This document shows positions 26,227-38,710 of a stretch of 64,000 bases of DNA, piece by piece. The DNA lies in contig OX597814.1 in the NCBI GenBank assembly GCA_951406725.2, forward strand, positions 178,808,001 to 178,872,000, in the 5' to 3' direction. The notes beneath the pieces are model-generated. The model saw only the letters and a list, made by a program, of their open reading frames with translations, made no database searches and was not told the origin of the DNA. Position 1 is the stretch's first letter. Each line of letters opens with the position of its first letter. A program made the position numbers and the translations under genes. The DNA comes from Octopus vulgaris. Lineage: Eukaryota.

Positions 26227-26306
26227 TTTTCCGATACCGCAGCGACAATTGAATATACTCCTACATACATCGTGATATTGGTGAACGTATTTATTACATT
26301 CATCGG
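26227..26306 (+). pseudogene. Duplicate of the candidate TM exon (FSDTAATIEYTPTYIVILVNVFITFIG)
   Basis: Part of a ~188-bp direct duplication, 23056-23243 / 26157-26344; splice sites retained. Confidence 0.35.
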
Positions 26307-27600
26307 GTATGTTGTATTAAACATTTACAATAACGATTTAAATATGAGAATATGTGTTATTGGCACAAGTTGCGGGCAACGGCTGATCGGATGGTCGAAT
26401 GAGACAGAGTGATATTATGTTCACATAAATGGACGCAACTACGCACAATAAATGACAGAAATATAATATTCATCGGAAGATTTCAATAAACTGTTATCTT
26501 TATTTGACTGGACTGCAGTGTCATTTGCTGATGATTTACCAATAAAAAATTTACATATTGTTCATGTCAATGTTCGTAACAATTAATTGCTACACATTTA
26601 GAGGGGCTTAAGTTTCTGTAAATTAAAATGCCAGATACATATGTGTCTGTGGCTTGACTCTCATACATATAGGTATTAGTATAGCTAAAGATGCCATCCA
26701 ATATATTTAAATTAATTCAAATTACATCTACCCTGAGAAGGAACAATGATTATCATAAAATCTAATTCTGGTGGATTAAATTAGTTAAAATTAATTACAC
26801 AGTACAAGGGCAAGAAATGACATGTCTTGATCTAAGTAAACCGTATTTCCGAAGCATAGTCTGACCGAAACTGCAGATCTAAGATAACAAGGGAATATAT
26901 TCATTTACCATATACTTTATAAATATACATACTTTACTAATTCCTTTCATGTCCCAGGTGTCTACTGTATTTTGTCTGAGTTCTTCCATTATGTTTCTTA
27001 GGTTTTGAATCAGATATTCTATTGTGAAATATATCGAAGAAAAAGTGTTCGTCAATATTACATATGAGGATCATGTGACGGTAAAATCTTCTGTGCTGCG
27101 AATGTATTTGATTTTGCAATGTTATTACTTTCGAAGTCTGCTGGCAATGATACCGAAATTCATTTGTTTACGATATGAATAAAGTAATTGTTTCTTCCAT
27201 GCGCTCGGGTTTTTCTTTTTTTTACTTATCTCCAAGGGCACTTCTACAGATATAAGTTTGAATATTTTAGTGTTTTAAAATTCATCGAAATTTTATATAA
27301 CTGTTTTCATTATTTAGCTGAAGGCTAGTTGCAAACTGATTTCTGCTGTGACCATTCATTTCTTTATTTTTACAAAGAGGTATATCTACCACTACGTTGT
27401 AGTGTTATTATAATATTAAAACAATGTGGTTTGAATTGGGTGACACAAGGTTGGAGTCAGGCAGGTTTAGTGACAACATGTTAATTGTCTCTCCTATATA
27501 CACTTCTGAGATGATGGTTAAAAGCGTTCGTTTAATCTCTAGTTATGCATATTTGTATTGCGTTTAGTACTATTTGTTTCGCCACCTTGTCTTCCTTTAA

Positions 27601-28053
27601 GCATCTCAAGTATGCAATAATATTTCACAAAACTTTCCCTCCCTGAAAATAAACTGATTTTATTCAGTAATAATTGATTTCTGGTGCATTTAATTTTTTG
27701 TAGATTAGAATAAAGGGTTTCAAATAAATTTTATAAACTTTTAAGCTATTAAATGTTCTATTCTCATGACTAATCCTTCTATGTAATAATTTTACTGTAT
27801 ATTTAATTTCTGGTCAAAAAACTTGTCTTATTGTAGGTATCTCACGTATGCAACAATACTTTACAAAACTTTCCCTGAAAATAAACTGATTTTATTCAGT
27901 AATATTTGTTTTCTGAGACGTCTAATTTTGTGTAGATCAGAACATCGGGTTTCAAATAAATTTTATTACCTGAAGCTATTAAATGTTCTTTTTTCTTGAC
28001 TGATTCTTTTATGTAATCATTTTACTGTATACTTAATTTCTGGTCAACAAACT
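27601..28053 (+). repeat. Diverged tandem duplication, period about 236 bp
   Basis: 27601-27823 aligns with 27837-28053 (shared ctgaaaataaactgattttattcagtaata, gggtttcaaataaatttt, ttttactgtata.ttaatttctggtcaa). Confidence 0.9.
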
Positions 28054-28697
28054 CAATAGCCTCATCGAGCAACTACGTTTCAATCTGGAGGAAACTTAAT
28101 ACATTCCGTTCTTCTCTTTTCCTCTTACCTTTCTTTTTTGCACATTCATATTACCACTTGAATATTTTTCAAATCTTTCTGACTAAAATAGTACTATTAC
28201 ATTTCTTACGCTCTTTCTGAGAGAAAACGTGAATGTTCCATACTATGCAATAGTTCCTATTTCTGAACCCAGTCTTATTTCTCTCAGTGTGCCAGCATAT
28301 ATCTGCGCAAACAGAGGTAGATATAAAAAATGGTTGAAAAAATATGATTTTTTATGTAACAGAATATGTTCAAAACATGTCGTTCTTCTATGTAAGGCAT
28401 TACATCTTGCATTGGTCTCAGATATAGAGATTTATATCCAATTAATTTTAATTGAATGCGTACAACATGGATTTATTTCTCGGTAAAACTGACGTTATAC
28501 GGCACAGAGAGATTTAGTGACCGTACTATATTAAAATGCGTCAATAATTTAATGCCGATGTTTCTTATGTATGCTTTTCAGAATAAAACACCCCACCTTA
28601 AGAGTGCTGAATCTGGTATTGCAAGAAATTTTCTCCCATTAATTATCAAAAGAGACAATTCTCTGCCAGCGATAATTATCATTAACTTTTAAGAAAC

Positions 28698-29109
28698 TGT
28701 TGGGTTATCCCATAAATAATGCGGTTATTTTATGTTTCTTTTAATTTTCAAAATTAAGATAAACAATGTTCTTTTTTAATCTAAAATATACTCTCCTTAA
28801 TTTCCAACAATGCTTTTCTATCTATGTTGTAGACTTGCAAGGCTTCGCTTCCAAAAATTCATTTGTCCGTGACGAAAAATACTCCTCCTGTACTATTTTG
28901 ACCACGTCTACAGAATTCATATTTTTCCCGTCCAAATCATTTTGAAGATGCGATTAGACTCAGAAAGTTTGCGAGGAAACCATTGACCCAATTTGCTGAC
29001 TTTTCTGATGGCACGCAGGTATTGACGAATTGTTGAAGGACAACTTGCCCTCCGACTTTTCGTTCATGCTATTGAAAAAATACCGCATTATTTATGGGAT
29101 GGCCTAACA
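28698..29109 (-). mobile_element. Mariner-derived MITE / deletion derivative
   Basis: 28-bp TIRs tgttgggttatcccataaataatgcggt / accgcattatttatgggatggcctaaca; internal transposase C-terminus LDGKNMNSVDVVK..EEYFSSRTNEF on the minus strand. Confidence 0.88.
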
Positions 29110-29439
29110 TATTTGTGTAGTTTAATAGTGTTTTGTAATAATCATCAACGCAAGTATCTTATAGTAACTAAAACGATTAGAAAGCAATTTCAGCATCACT
29201 TTCTCTGACGTGCGGTCTTTAGCTAAAATAACATCCGACGATGTTATCAATAAGAACTTATTTAATTAATGGAGACCACTAAGAATAAAACAAGCACTCC
29301 CTATAAAATCTCACTATCCAAGTTACGTGCTTCATATGCTTGAAGGAGAGAATTTGTGATAAAAATTATAGACCTTATAATTCTCTGGGAAGCGAACATC
29401 GAAGTTGCTTTCCTTAGGAATGACAAGAAACACTTTGAG

Positions 29440-29543
29440 TTGGTTACCAGTTTCGCACTGGGGTCGATATAATCGACTTAATCCCTTTGTCTCTCCCTGT
29501 TTGTCCCCTCTATGTTTAGCCCGTTGTGGACAATTAAGAAATA
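29440..29543 (+). mobile_element. SINE family A, 3' half
   Basis: taccagtttcgcactggggtcgatataatcgactt...aagaaata. Confidence 0.85.
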
Positions 29544-30919
29544 TGTATTAATGAAAATAAAGGATAGGACGGAATATGCCTTCCTGTAAAGAAAGGTGTT
29601 AAAAGATTTTTTAATCTAGAGTTCGGCAGTCTTTGAATAGCTGCAAAGGAGTCAAAACATTTTACCATAAAAGGTATTGTAACCCACAGAGAAAGCAATA
29701 AACAGGATGAGTGGTACATTGAGAATAATAGAAGCATCTGGCCCAGAGTAAAAACGTATGACTCAACAAACTTGTGCTGTTGTACAGGGATTTTGAGTAT
29801 TGTTGCTTACATAATTGTGTGTTCCCAGGCAGCCCTGGTGTCACACGGAAAAGACCAACATACATATAAACCCAATTCATTCCCTAATCACACTACAATA
29901 TCTACATTGGAAGTTTGCCCGAAATTTAAAACGTGTAAAAAAAGGTCCAATTACTTACTGCTATACATCCCGTCACACATCCAGTAATAATAGTACTTTT
30001 CTGTCGTAAAGCAGTTATAAACAAATTATGCATTTGATTTTTACGAGCCAAATACAGCAGCAATTTGCTTTACCCGCAGCATGATAAACCACTTTCTCTC
30101 CAAAAACTTGCACTCAACTCTTTCAATGATATGACACTACGTTCTCTTTCGTATTATCCCTCTAACTTTCATTGTCGCTTCTTCTCTAGTACTACCTTAT
30201 TATTTTGCATCTCATAAGCGTATGTACATTAATCTGTAAGATATTGAAAATACTCTAACGTGTTTCAAAATATCATATTCATATCACTAAAAAGGATTAG
30301 ATTGGAAACCCATGGCTGAATATCATTCAAATATAAGAAGTAGCTACCTAAGGTGGATCCTACTGCAAAAAGTGTCCGTTACAAACTAAGAATGTCTCTA
30401 ATGTCATGTCCACATTTACCAAGAAGCAATTGGGGACGCTGGACCTGAGCTGGAAGGATTTTATCCACAGGCGAAATCTCGCGAAGTTTGAAGTTTTAAA
30501 CATTTTACCAATGAAATGACCGGAAAACCACATGACAAACAAAAACTAAACAAAAGATAATTATATAAAAATAAAATGCATTTCTCACAGTATGTAAACT
30601 TAACTGATTATTTTTCTCTTTACTAATATTAACAACTCATATAGTTAGAAAAGCTATCAATCCGATGCTTTAAAGAATTCCCTGTGAATGACAACATTGC
30701 GTCAATTTCTTTAAATTTATACACCTTTATGACACTATAAGTAATTAATTATTATAACAGTTTTGCAGTATTATATACGAAGTGATTGGTATCTATACAG
30801 TTAAGGTATCTACAAGTTAATGTTACACTCACGGAGAGTAGGTAATCTATATAACGCGGATTGTAAGAATTATCAAAATTACATCACAGGAAATAGCGAC
30901 CTGTCAGTGCTGCGTGATT

Positions 30920-31320
30920 AATAGTAATAAACCTTTCTATTATAGGCAGAAAGCTTGAAGCTTCCGAGGAGAGGACTAGTTGATTACTTCGCGCCCAGAA
31001 TTTCACTGGTACTTTATATATCGACGCCCGAGGGATGAAGGCAAAATTGAGCTCGGCGGAAATTGAACTCAGACCGTAGCGATGGGCCAATACCTATTTC
31101 TTTATTACCCACAAGGGGCTAAACACAGAAGGGACAAATAAGGACAGACAAACGGATTAAGTCGATTATATCGACCCCAGTGCGTAACTGGTACTTATTT
31201 AATCGACCCCGAAAAGCTGAAAGGCAAAGACGACCTCGGCGGAATTTGAACTCAGAAGGTAGCGGCAGACGAAATACCGCTGAGCATATCGTTCAGCATG
31301 CTAACGACACTGCCAGCTAT
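30920..31320 (-). mobile_element. SINE family A dimer (young unit followed by an old headless unit)
   Basis: Junction aatacc|tatttc at 31094/31095; the second unit is more diverged and has a different tail. Confidence 0.9.
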
Positions 31321-32255
31321 TAGCCTTGGTAATTCATTGCAATAATACCCCACTCGATCGCAGAACACCCGAAATCTTCATGACATACGACCAATGAAAA
31401 CCAAACTAATTGAAATAATACAACCGCCAACGCAAAACTTTTTTAAGGAAAGTATAAGCGTATGGTCGGATATGTATGTATATATTTGTGTGTGTGTGTG
31501 TATGTGTATGTGTGCGTGCCTGTGTGTGGGGGTGCGTGCGTGTGTGTGTGTGTGTGCTAACTATTAGATATGGAATGTAGGAACATTTTACGTGTTTCCA
31601 TAGTGGGAACATTTTACATATATTTCCGTAGTGAGAGCCACAGATCATTATAGCATAAATTCTAGACCTTCTAAATGCATAACAATAATTTCTTGAATAT
31701 TATCCCTTCGGAGAAAACGCCGTAGATTGTAAGTATTTTTTAAAATATTTCTCATCAACAAAGCTCATCCTGTAACGCTAAATGAGAAAGAAATAAAAGT
31801 AACCATTGTTATATATTAACTTACTTCATACCATCAAGTTTTTTTCTTATATATAAAATCACTTAGTGCCAACATGCAACTGCTGACGAAACAGTGTCAA
31901 AACATTATCCTAATTGAAGCTGAAACTGCAATATTTGTCTTTGAGTTGGATTTCAAAGGGAATATTTAACATAATTGAACCGGTCTGTTGTAGGTTTTGG
32001 CACTAAATCTAGTGTAATTTCAGCTACTCTTATAATTCGATATTGAGACGCAATTTATACGGGAAATATGTAACAGATAATAGCAGATGCTGACTGACAT
32101 TTGATTCATTTATAAAACTTCGGCAGTATATATATGAGTATGTACCTGTGAATGAGTGAGTGTGTTTTAGTGTCTGCATACATTCACATATAGACGTGTG
32201 ATATGTCAATGCAAATGGTAAAGTATATACATGTTCATTCGAATCCGGTTATTCA

Positions 32256-32293
<38 letters not shown>

Positions 32294-33331
32294 AGAAAGA
32301 GAGGGAGGATTGTTTAGAAAAAAATAGTATATCAGCTGAAATATATAAAAGAAAATTTTCTTTAATTAGTGCCAAACATTACCACACAAATCATCCTCCT
32401 GAGAATATGTCAAGTTAATTAAACACGATCAGTATAAAATGGAAACCGTGTCGTTAATATAGTCTACTTGGGCTACTTGTATTAGTTTCATACTTTGATA
32501 GTCGTAGAAAAAAACCATTCTAAACTGCGAGGGACATACATCCTTGATGCTAATGTGAAAAGTGTCTGTAAATAATTAATCATCATTAAAGTAATCTTGA
32601 ATGTCATCTATAGAGCATGATATTTAGATGTTACTTTGGTTTCCATTTATCTATAGTAAACATCTATTAAAATTTGCTACTTTATTTGATGGAAAGCAAA
32701 ATTCTATTTTATTTGTTTGTCTATATACGCTTTAGAAGTTGAAAGTCGAAATGTTATTGTCTAGGAACTTGTGCATTTGTTTAGATACGATCAATGAAAT
32801 ATCCAGATAAAACTCAATAGTAATTCCCCAAAGTAAAGAAAGAAATTAAAGATTAACGAGGAAAACAATAGAGGGAATAAATTAAACTTTACCCAAACAT
32901 TTGCAGCTAGTGTCGAATATAATGATTACAACTGAAATCTATTTAGTTTTCGATTGGAACCTTTCCAACTTGTGTCGCCCTTTTATAAAAATTGTAGAAT
33001 GATTGTGCTTTTGAAATGAGACTATCTACGTAACGATGTAGAGTGGTTATGCAATATCTGGGATCCCTGTTGGACATTCTCCGATGCTGAATGCTTTATA
33101 TGTGACGACTATTAAGTCATATGATATTGATTATTTGTTTCGACGCCATAGCCTCCAATTTTGGAGTTAGAAATAAAAATGCTGATTAATGTTTAAGTAA
33201 TTTCCAAGTACTTTCACTATGCCTGTTAGAATAGTTTTCGATTATTAAAATTTGGTATTTGGTTACACATCTGTGCAGTTCTAATATATTTGAGGAAAAT
33301 GGCAAAAATATTACAAGTTGTTTTTCTGCCT

Positions 33332-33700
33332 TTAATCCTCCAACGCAGAGTATAGGCCACTTATAGTTGAATTCCATGTCGCATAACTTTTCGCTACTGT
33401 ACTTATACTCTGCCATGAATGTCCTCCTTTCTCTAATTCCTTTTGTGTTGATCTACGCCACGAGTTCTTAGGCCTACCTTTCTTTCTATATCCATCCGAA
33501 TTCCACAGTAAAGCACTTTTCGCTACATTTGGTGTGTCTTTTCTAATTGTGCTATCAATCCACTTCCACTTCCACTTTTTCTTAAATATTTGCTTCCTAA
33601 CCGAAATTTGGTTTGTTTTTTTCCATAGCTCCATATTGCTTATGTGTTTGGGCCATCTAATTTTAAGTATACTACGCAAGCATCTGTTGTTATTTTGTAG
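33332..33700 (-). mobile_element. RTE-clade LINE 3' end
   Basis: LRSILKIRWPKHISNMELWKKTNQ...KWKWI..TIRK...ALLWN..GYRKKGRPKNSWRR. Confidence 0.9.
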
Positions 33701-36699
33701 TTATTTATGTAGACTAAATTAAAATTAAAGTGTATAAAATAGTTTCAGGATACAAACAGGTCATGACATTGAATGAAGTGAATGTATACAGTTTTGACAG
33801 GCTTTGCAGGAGAAAATTTTAATTGTTATTAAATTGAGTCGTTTACATTGAAAAATTTACATGATATTGAATGATCACTAAAAGTTAACCTGTTCGATCC
33901 TCGTACAAAATAATAAAATTTAAGCAACAGTTTTTAAAAGACTTTTCCATTGATTTGAATGAATGGTTATTGATTTGTTGTAAAAATGGAAATCTGCAAA
34001 TAAAGTTTAGAAATAATAAAAGGGTGGCAAATGTATTATTCCAAAATATATATTTTCCTTAATAAATCTTATGAAAATAGGTTGCAAAAACGTTTATTTC
34101 AAGGAAATATTTTTGTTAATGCAGATAAAACTAAAACTTGCGCTTAAAATATTTAGTTTACTATATACAGTAGGTTCTTGAAATATATCTGTGTCATTCA
34201 TGTACTTGTATAATTGCGACCAAATATGTGTGCAAATGATATTCATCTGAAAAACATTAGTTTCTCGTTTTAAAAAATGCAACAGGAGCGAATAGTCTGA
34301 TGTTTTAAATGCTTTTAGAAATGTAATGTATTTCATTAATTGTGAAGAAAATGATAAAATTAATAGCGTTGTGGAGAGATAAACACCAAACATAATACTT
34401 TGTAATGTTTGTGATATTGCTAAATTATGTAAGGGGGGATACGGGAACAGAGACATAGAAAGTCAGAGTTAAAAGGAAAGAAATAGAATATTATCAGGAA
34501 CCAACGAGGAAATTTGTTCGGTAAAAGTGGTTTATCGTTGAAGTTAATGCTTTGCGTTATAAATGGTATTTATCGAGAAAAGTGTGTCATGTTATATATG
34601 TCATCTCATATATATGACCTTCGAAACCTTTTACGGATTTCATAAGATGGGAATTTAAAATTTCCAAGAGTCACTACTATTGTTTTCGGATTGTAGTATT
34701 GCAGGTGGTACATTTTTAGTGCAAATTTTGCTAGCCAGGATGGAAAGTTACTATAGCTTAAAATATTTGTTGCGTGTCTCCTGTTACTAGCGTTAGAAAA
34801 TTGTCAAAACTTTATTTCGGTTTGTATATATAACAAATAATTTCTTATAATGAAAACAAATAGCTCCTACTAATTTAGGATGAAGCATCAGCAGCCATTA
34901 GAGTTAAACTCTCTCTAAAATTAATTGTATTTTTATTTTCATGTTCAGACATGCATCAATAAGAAATGGTAATGGTGTAAATAAGTGTTGAATTTCATTA
35001 AAATATAATTAGTTATAACTGTATCATCCTATTGACCAGACTATCTATTGCTTTTGTACATCACAAGTCACAAATCGCTTCCATTTCTTTCATGATCGCG
35101 TCATTGTTTTCTATCTTTTCCCTAATCACTTAAACACGTTGTTTTCCCATCGCCGTGGAAACCTTTCATATAGCCTTTCACTATCTTTTGGATATTGCTT
35201 AGTAGCTGCACCTACCCACCTGCTGTCTTAAACACCTTGCGACATGTCCGGCCCAGTGGAAATGGTGCTTTCCCTATTCTGAGATGGCATCGTTTACTCT
35301 GCTCCTCTCTCCAATTATTTCCTTTCAAATATGCTCTCGCAATAACATTCCTAGACTGAATTTTCCTTTGCCCTTTGCGTTGTATCCACTCGATATTCTT
35401 CCTTGTACGTTGTAGCTCACGTTGCACTTGCGTGCAAGAACGCATGTAGAACGGTACTTTTGAGGAGTCTGGCACGTATGGTCCTTGTTTATCTTTGCTT
35501 TGAGTACGTCTTTTTTTTTTAGGTAGATGCCTTCCATCCTGCTTTTTTTCATGATTTTAGTATACAGATCTAGATGCAATTTCATTGTGCCCCGTAAGCA
35601 GACGTACAAATTTACCTCCTCGATTTCATCGGAACCCGCCTCGGTTCGGCTTTGTGCGATTTTTCAGGACCGCATATATTTTGTTATCATGTTATCTTAT
35701 TTTAAGACATATTAGGCAGCTATGGTTGTGTAGCTCTCTCAGTCTACAAATGATCTTTTGTTTCTGCTAATCGGAGGAGTGTTAGCTCGCCGTTATAGGT
35801 TATCAAAAAATATATCTTAATGATATCAGAATTATTTTCTATAATATTGCAGCGCGTGCTCGACATTATAAATTAATATGAAGTTAGATTCAAGTGACTG
35901 ATAAGTATAAGTGAATGCCATATATCTCTAAAATATCAGTAGCACATATGACATATATATGCCTAAACTCGTTATGTGGACACAATATGAAAGACATTAA
36001 ATGAATAATAATATCATGAAAGTATTTGTATGCAAAATCCTACGAAATGTGTACTCAAAGTACTGTGTTGGAATGAACAAGTAACTTAGAAATAATGATT
36101 TAATCAACTTTATCTCTTACCTGAATGCGTAAGTATACTTTGATATCATAGTCAGTACCCTTTTGAAGATAAAGGGACATAATCTCATCTATTTATAAAT
36201 ACTTTGCCGCAAGAATTCATTGATATTTCTAAACGTGTCTGGCGAAACCAACATCTTGTTTGTCTGAAAATGAAGCACACAAATATATTGGAGTGTACTC
36301 TTACCTGTACTTCTACATTTCTGCGCTACTGTTTCTTCACTCTTTTGTCGCTATTAGCCACACTCATTTTTTTCTTTTTTGGTAATTTTTTTTTCCTAAT
36401 TTTCCCACCTTCCTGCCTGAATCATGTGCTTTCACTATTGAATACACATCTGCATTCATAATACGCACGGCCACTTTCTATTTCTCTCTATTTCTCTGAG
36501 TATCACCAATCCTCCACCAACCAGCAGCTGCTTTTACTAGTAAGATAGTTTCAAGGACGATAGAAATGAGGTGAGAGACGATGTGATGCATGGCGCTAGA
36601 GGGAGGTCAAAACATCAGATTTAGTTGAACAAATTCGCAGTTATCTAGGGTATAATTTCGTGTGTCTATAAGGACATTAAGCATACGGTTTCCAAACCA

Positions 36700-37435
36700 T
36701 ATGTTTATTGTTTGAATATACGCTAAATTTGTACAAAGTTTATTCCGAAGGTGCTTCGTGACAAACAGAAGGAATGAAGCATTCTGGCAAGAAGAAGATG
36801 GTTGAGCTCATTTCCTCCAGTCCAAGAATATTTCAGTTTCTGCAGACTTGTAAAGAAAGCTGAAACAAAATGACAAAGCGACCAATGTAAGCATCGTAGT
36901 TTCCCTAGCCCCAAGAAGTTCAGGCAAAAGAAGTCCACAAGGATCTCGTGATAATCCCTTTGTCGACAACAAGAACATAATCTACATCCATTGTATAACC
37001 TTTGGCCAAGTGGTCTACATAGATTGCTTTGTGGAGACTTTGCGGGAGTTAAGGCTCTTTCACTTGGGTCATTGACAACTGCGGCAAGACAATACACCTC
37101 AACACAATTACGTCCTCATAAAAAACTATTTGACAGGGATGGCCATTAAAATCTCTCACCGTTCCTACAGTCCAGCCCTTATTCCCTATGACTTTTTCTT
37201 GTTCCCCAAGCTGAAGCAGCACTTTTTCACAAAACGTAAACACAATTAAGTAAGCTATTATAAGGAACGTCGACAACTTCAGAGGGATTGACGTCTGTGG
37301 GGCCTTCACGAAGTGGCAGTAGCGCTACAGCAAGCATTAATTTAAGATGATCCCACTTTCAAAGAGATTAGAGTTTTGTATTACTTTTAAAATAATTGTC
37401 TTGTCTGAAAAAGTGTGAAAACTTCTAGAATGACC
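36700..37435 (+). mobile_element. Decayed mariner transposase
   Basis: ETK*QSDQCKHRSFPSPKKFRQKKS and YSPALIPYDFFLFPKLK motifs. Confidence 0.8.
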
Positions 37436-38609
37436 AAGTAACTTTCGGCAAAACGCACACGAAATAAGGTGTATTTACAATAGAAAATCTCGTAGCTAAT
37501 CCAGATGAAGGAAAGGAAAATATGATGAGCAACGTATAATTTCGCATGACGATAAATTATTTTTTACCAGAAGCAAATATATTTTATCTCGATGTAAAAG
37601 CTTCTTTCAAATTTCATTAGAAATTTTTTTATCGTGATCCAGCTAGGCTGTTCGAATAAAATATACATGAGTATGAACAGAATGCCACTAACTTAAAAGC
37701 AGTATCTAAAAGTTACTTTCTAGTGACACACCCAAATGAATTCGGAATGAGTAATTTAATACAAAGAAATGCAAAAATCAGGGGTAATACATATCCCCAG
37801 CTCAAAACATCTATCAAGCGATGGGTCGTATCTTTATCTATTCTAGACAGAAGAAACACGGTGAAATGTCTAAGGAAGACTGACTAGTGTGGAGTAACAG
37901 GAAACGAGCAAATCAGCTTTTGCAACAGCGGCCAACGGATAGTAAGCCACTGACAAGATGGGGAAAGTTATGTGATAACGGAAATAATTTATGACAGTTA
38001 CTACATAAATATAACGACGGGCATCAATTAACTAGTCTATAATGGAGGGAACTAGAACAAAGAATCTATTCAAATAGGTGTATGTGTCTATTCCTGCATG
38101 AAGTAATACTCATTTCTTATTGCCGATATTTATATAGTAACTTCCTTTTGCTGACTTAATGTTTAATTCATTGTGATTTTAAAGGTCAATCTCCTATCAG
38201 GTTCGTCAAGCAACAGGTAAAATTAACTGGCTCATTATTTGTCCTATGAATTGCAAATTGAATTAATTCTTTTGTTCCCAACTTATTTTGAACCTCATAT
38301 GCTCTGAAAGATCAAATGCTGTTCATTAATAGTTAGTGAATCACATAATTCCAAACATGTCAGCAACGAAAATCTATCTCACATTAAGTTCAAAGTGCAA
38401 ATTGTGACAATTTTGACGAAACAGAGACTAAGATCTCAATCTTGATAAAAATAAAGAGAATAAAAATAGGATTGCTTTGGAAGAATGTAGCGATCAGAGA
38501 AATGATAATATTCGTACCACAGTGTACAAGGGATAACAAAATGAACAGCTAAAATAGAGAATGGGAAATCATAAGCATGAAAACTAAATGACCACACAGT
38601 GCTCAGCTG

Positions 38610-38710
38610 GGTGATTTGAAAATTAATTCAAGTTGCCGCACAGTGACACTGAACTCAAGACTGCATACTTCAGAAGCAAATTTTTAATCACACAGCCACA
38701 CCTGCGTCTA
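38610..38710 (-). mobile_element. SINE family B head, degenerate
   Basis: Minus strand: gacgcaggtgtggctgtg...gagttcagtgtcactgtgcggcaacttg. Confidence 0.6.
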
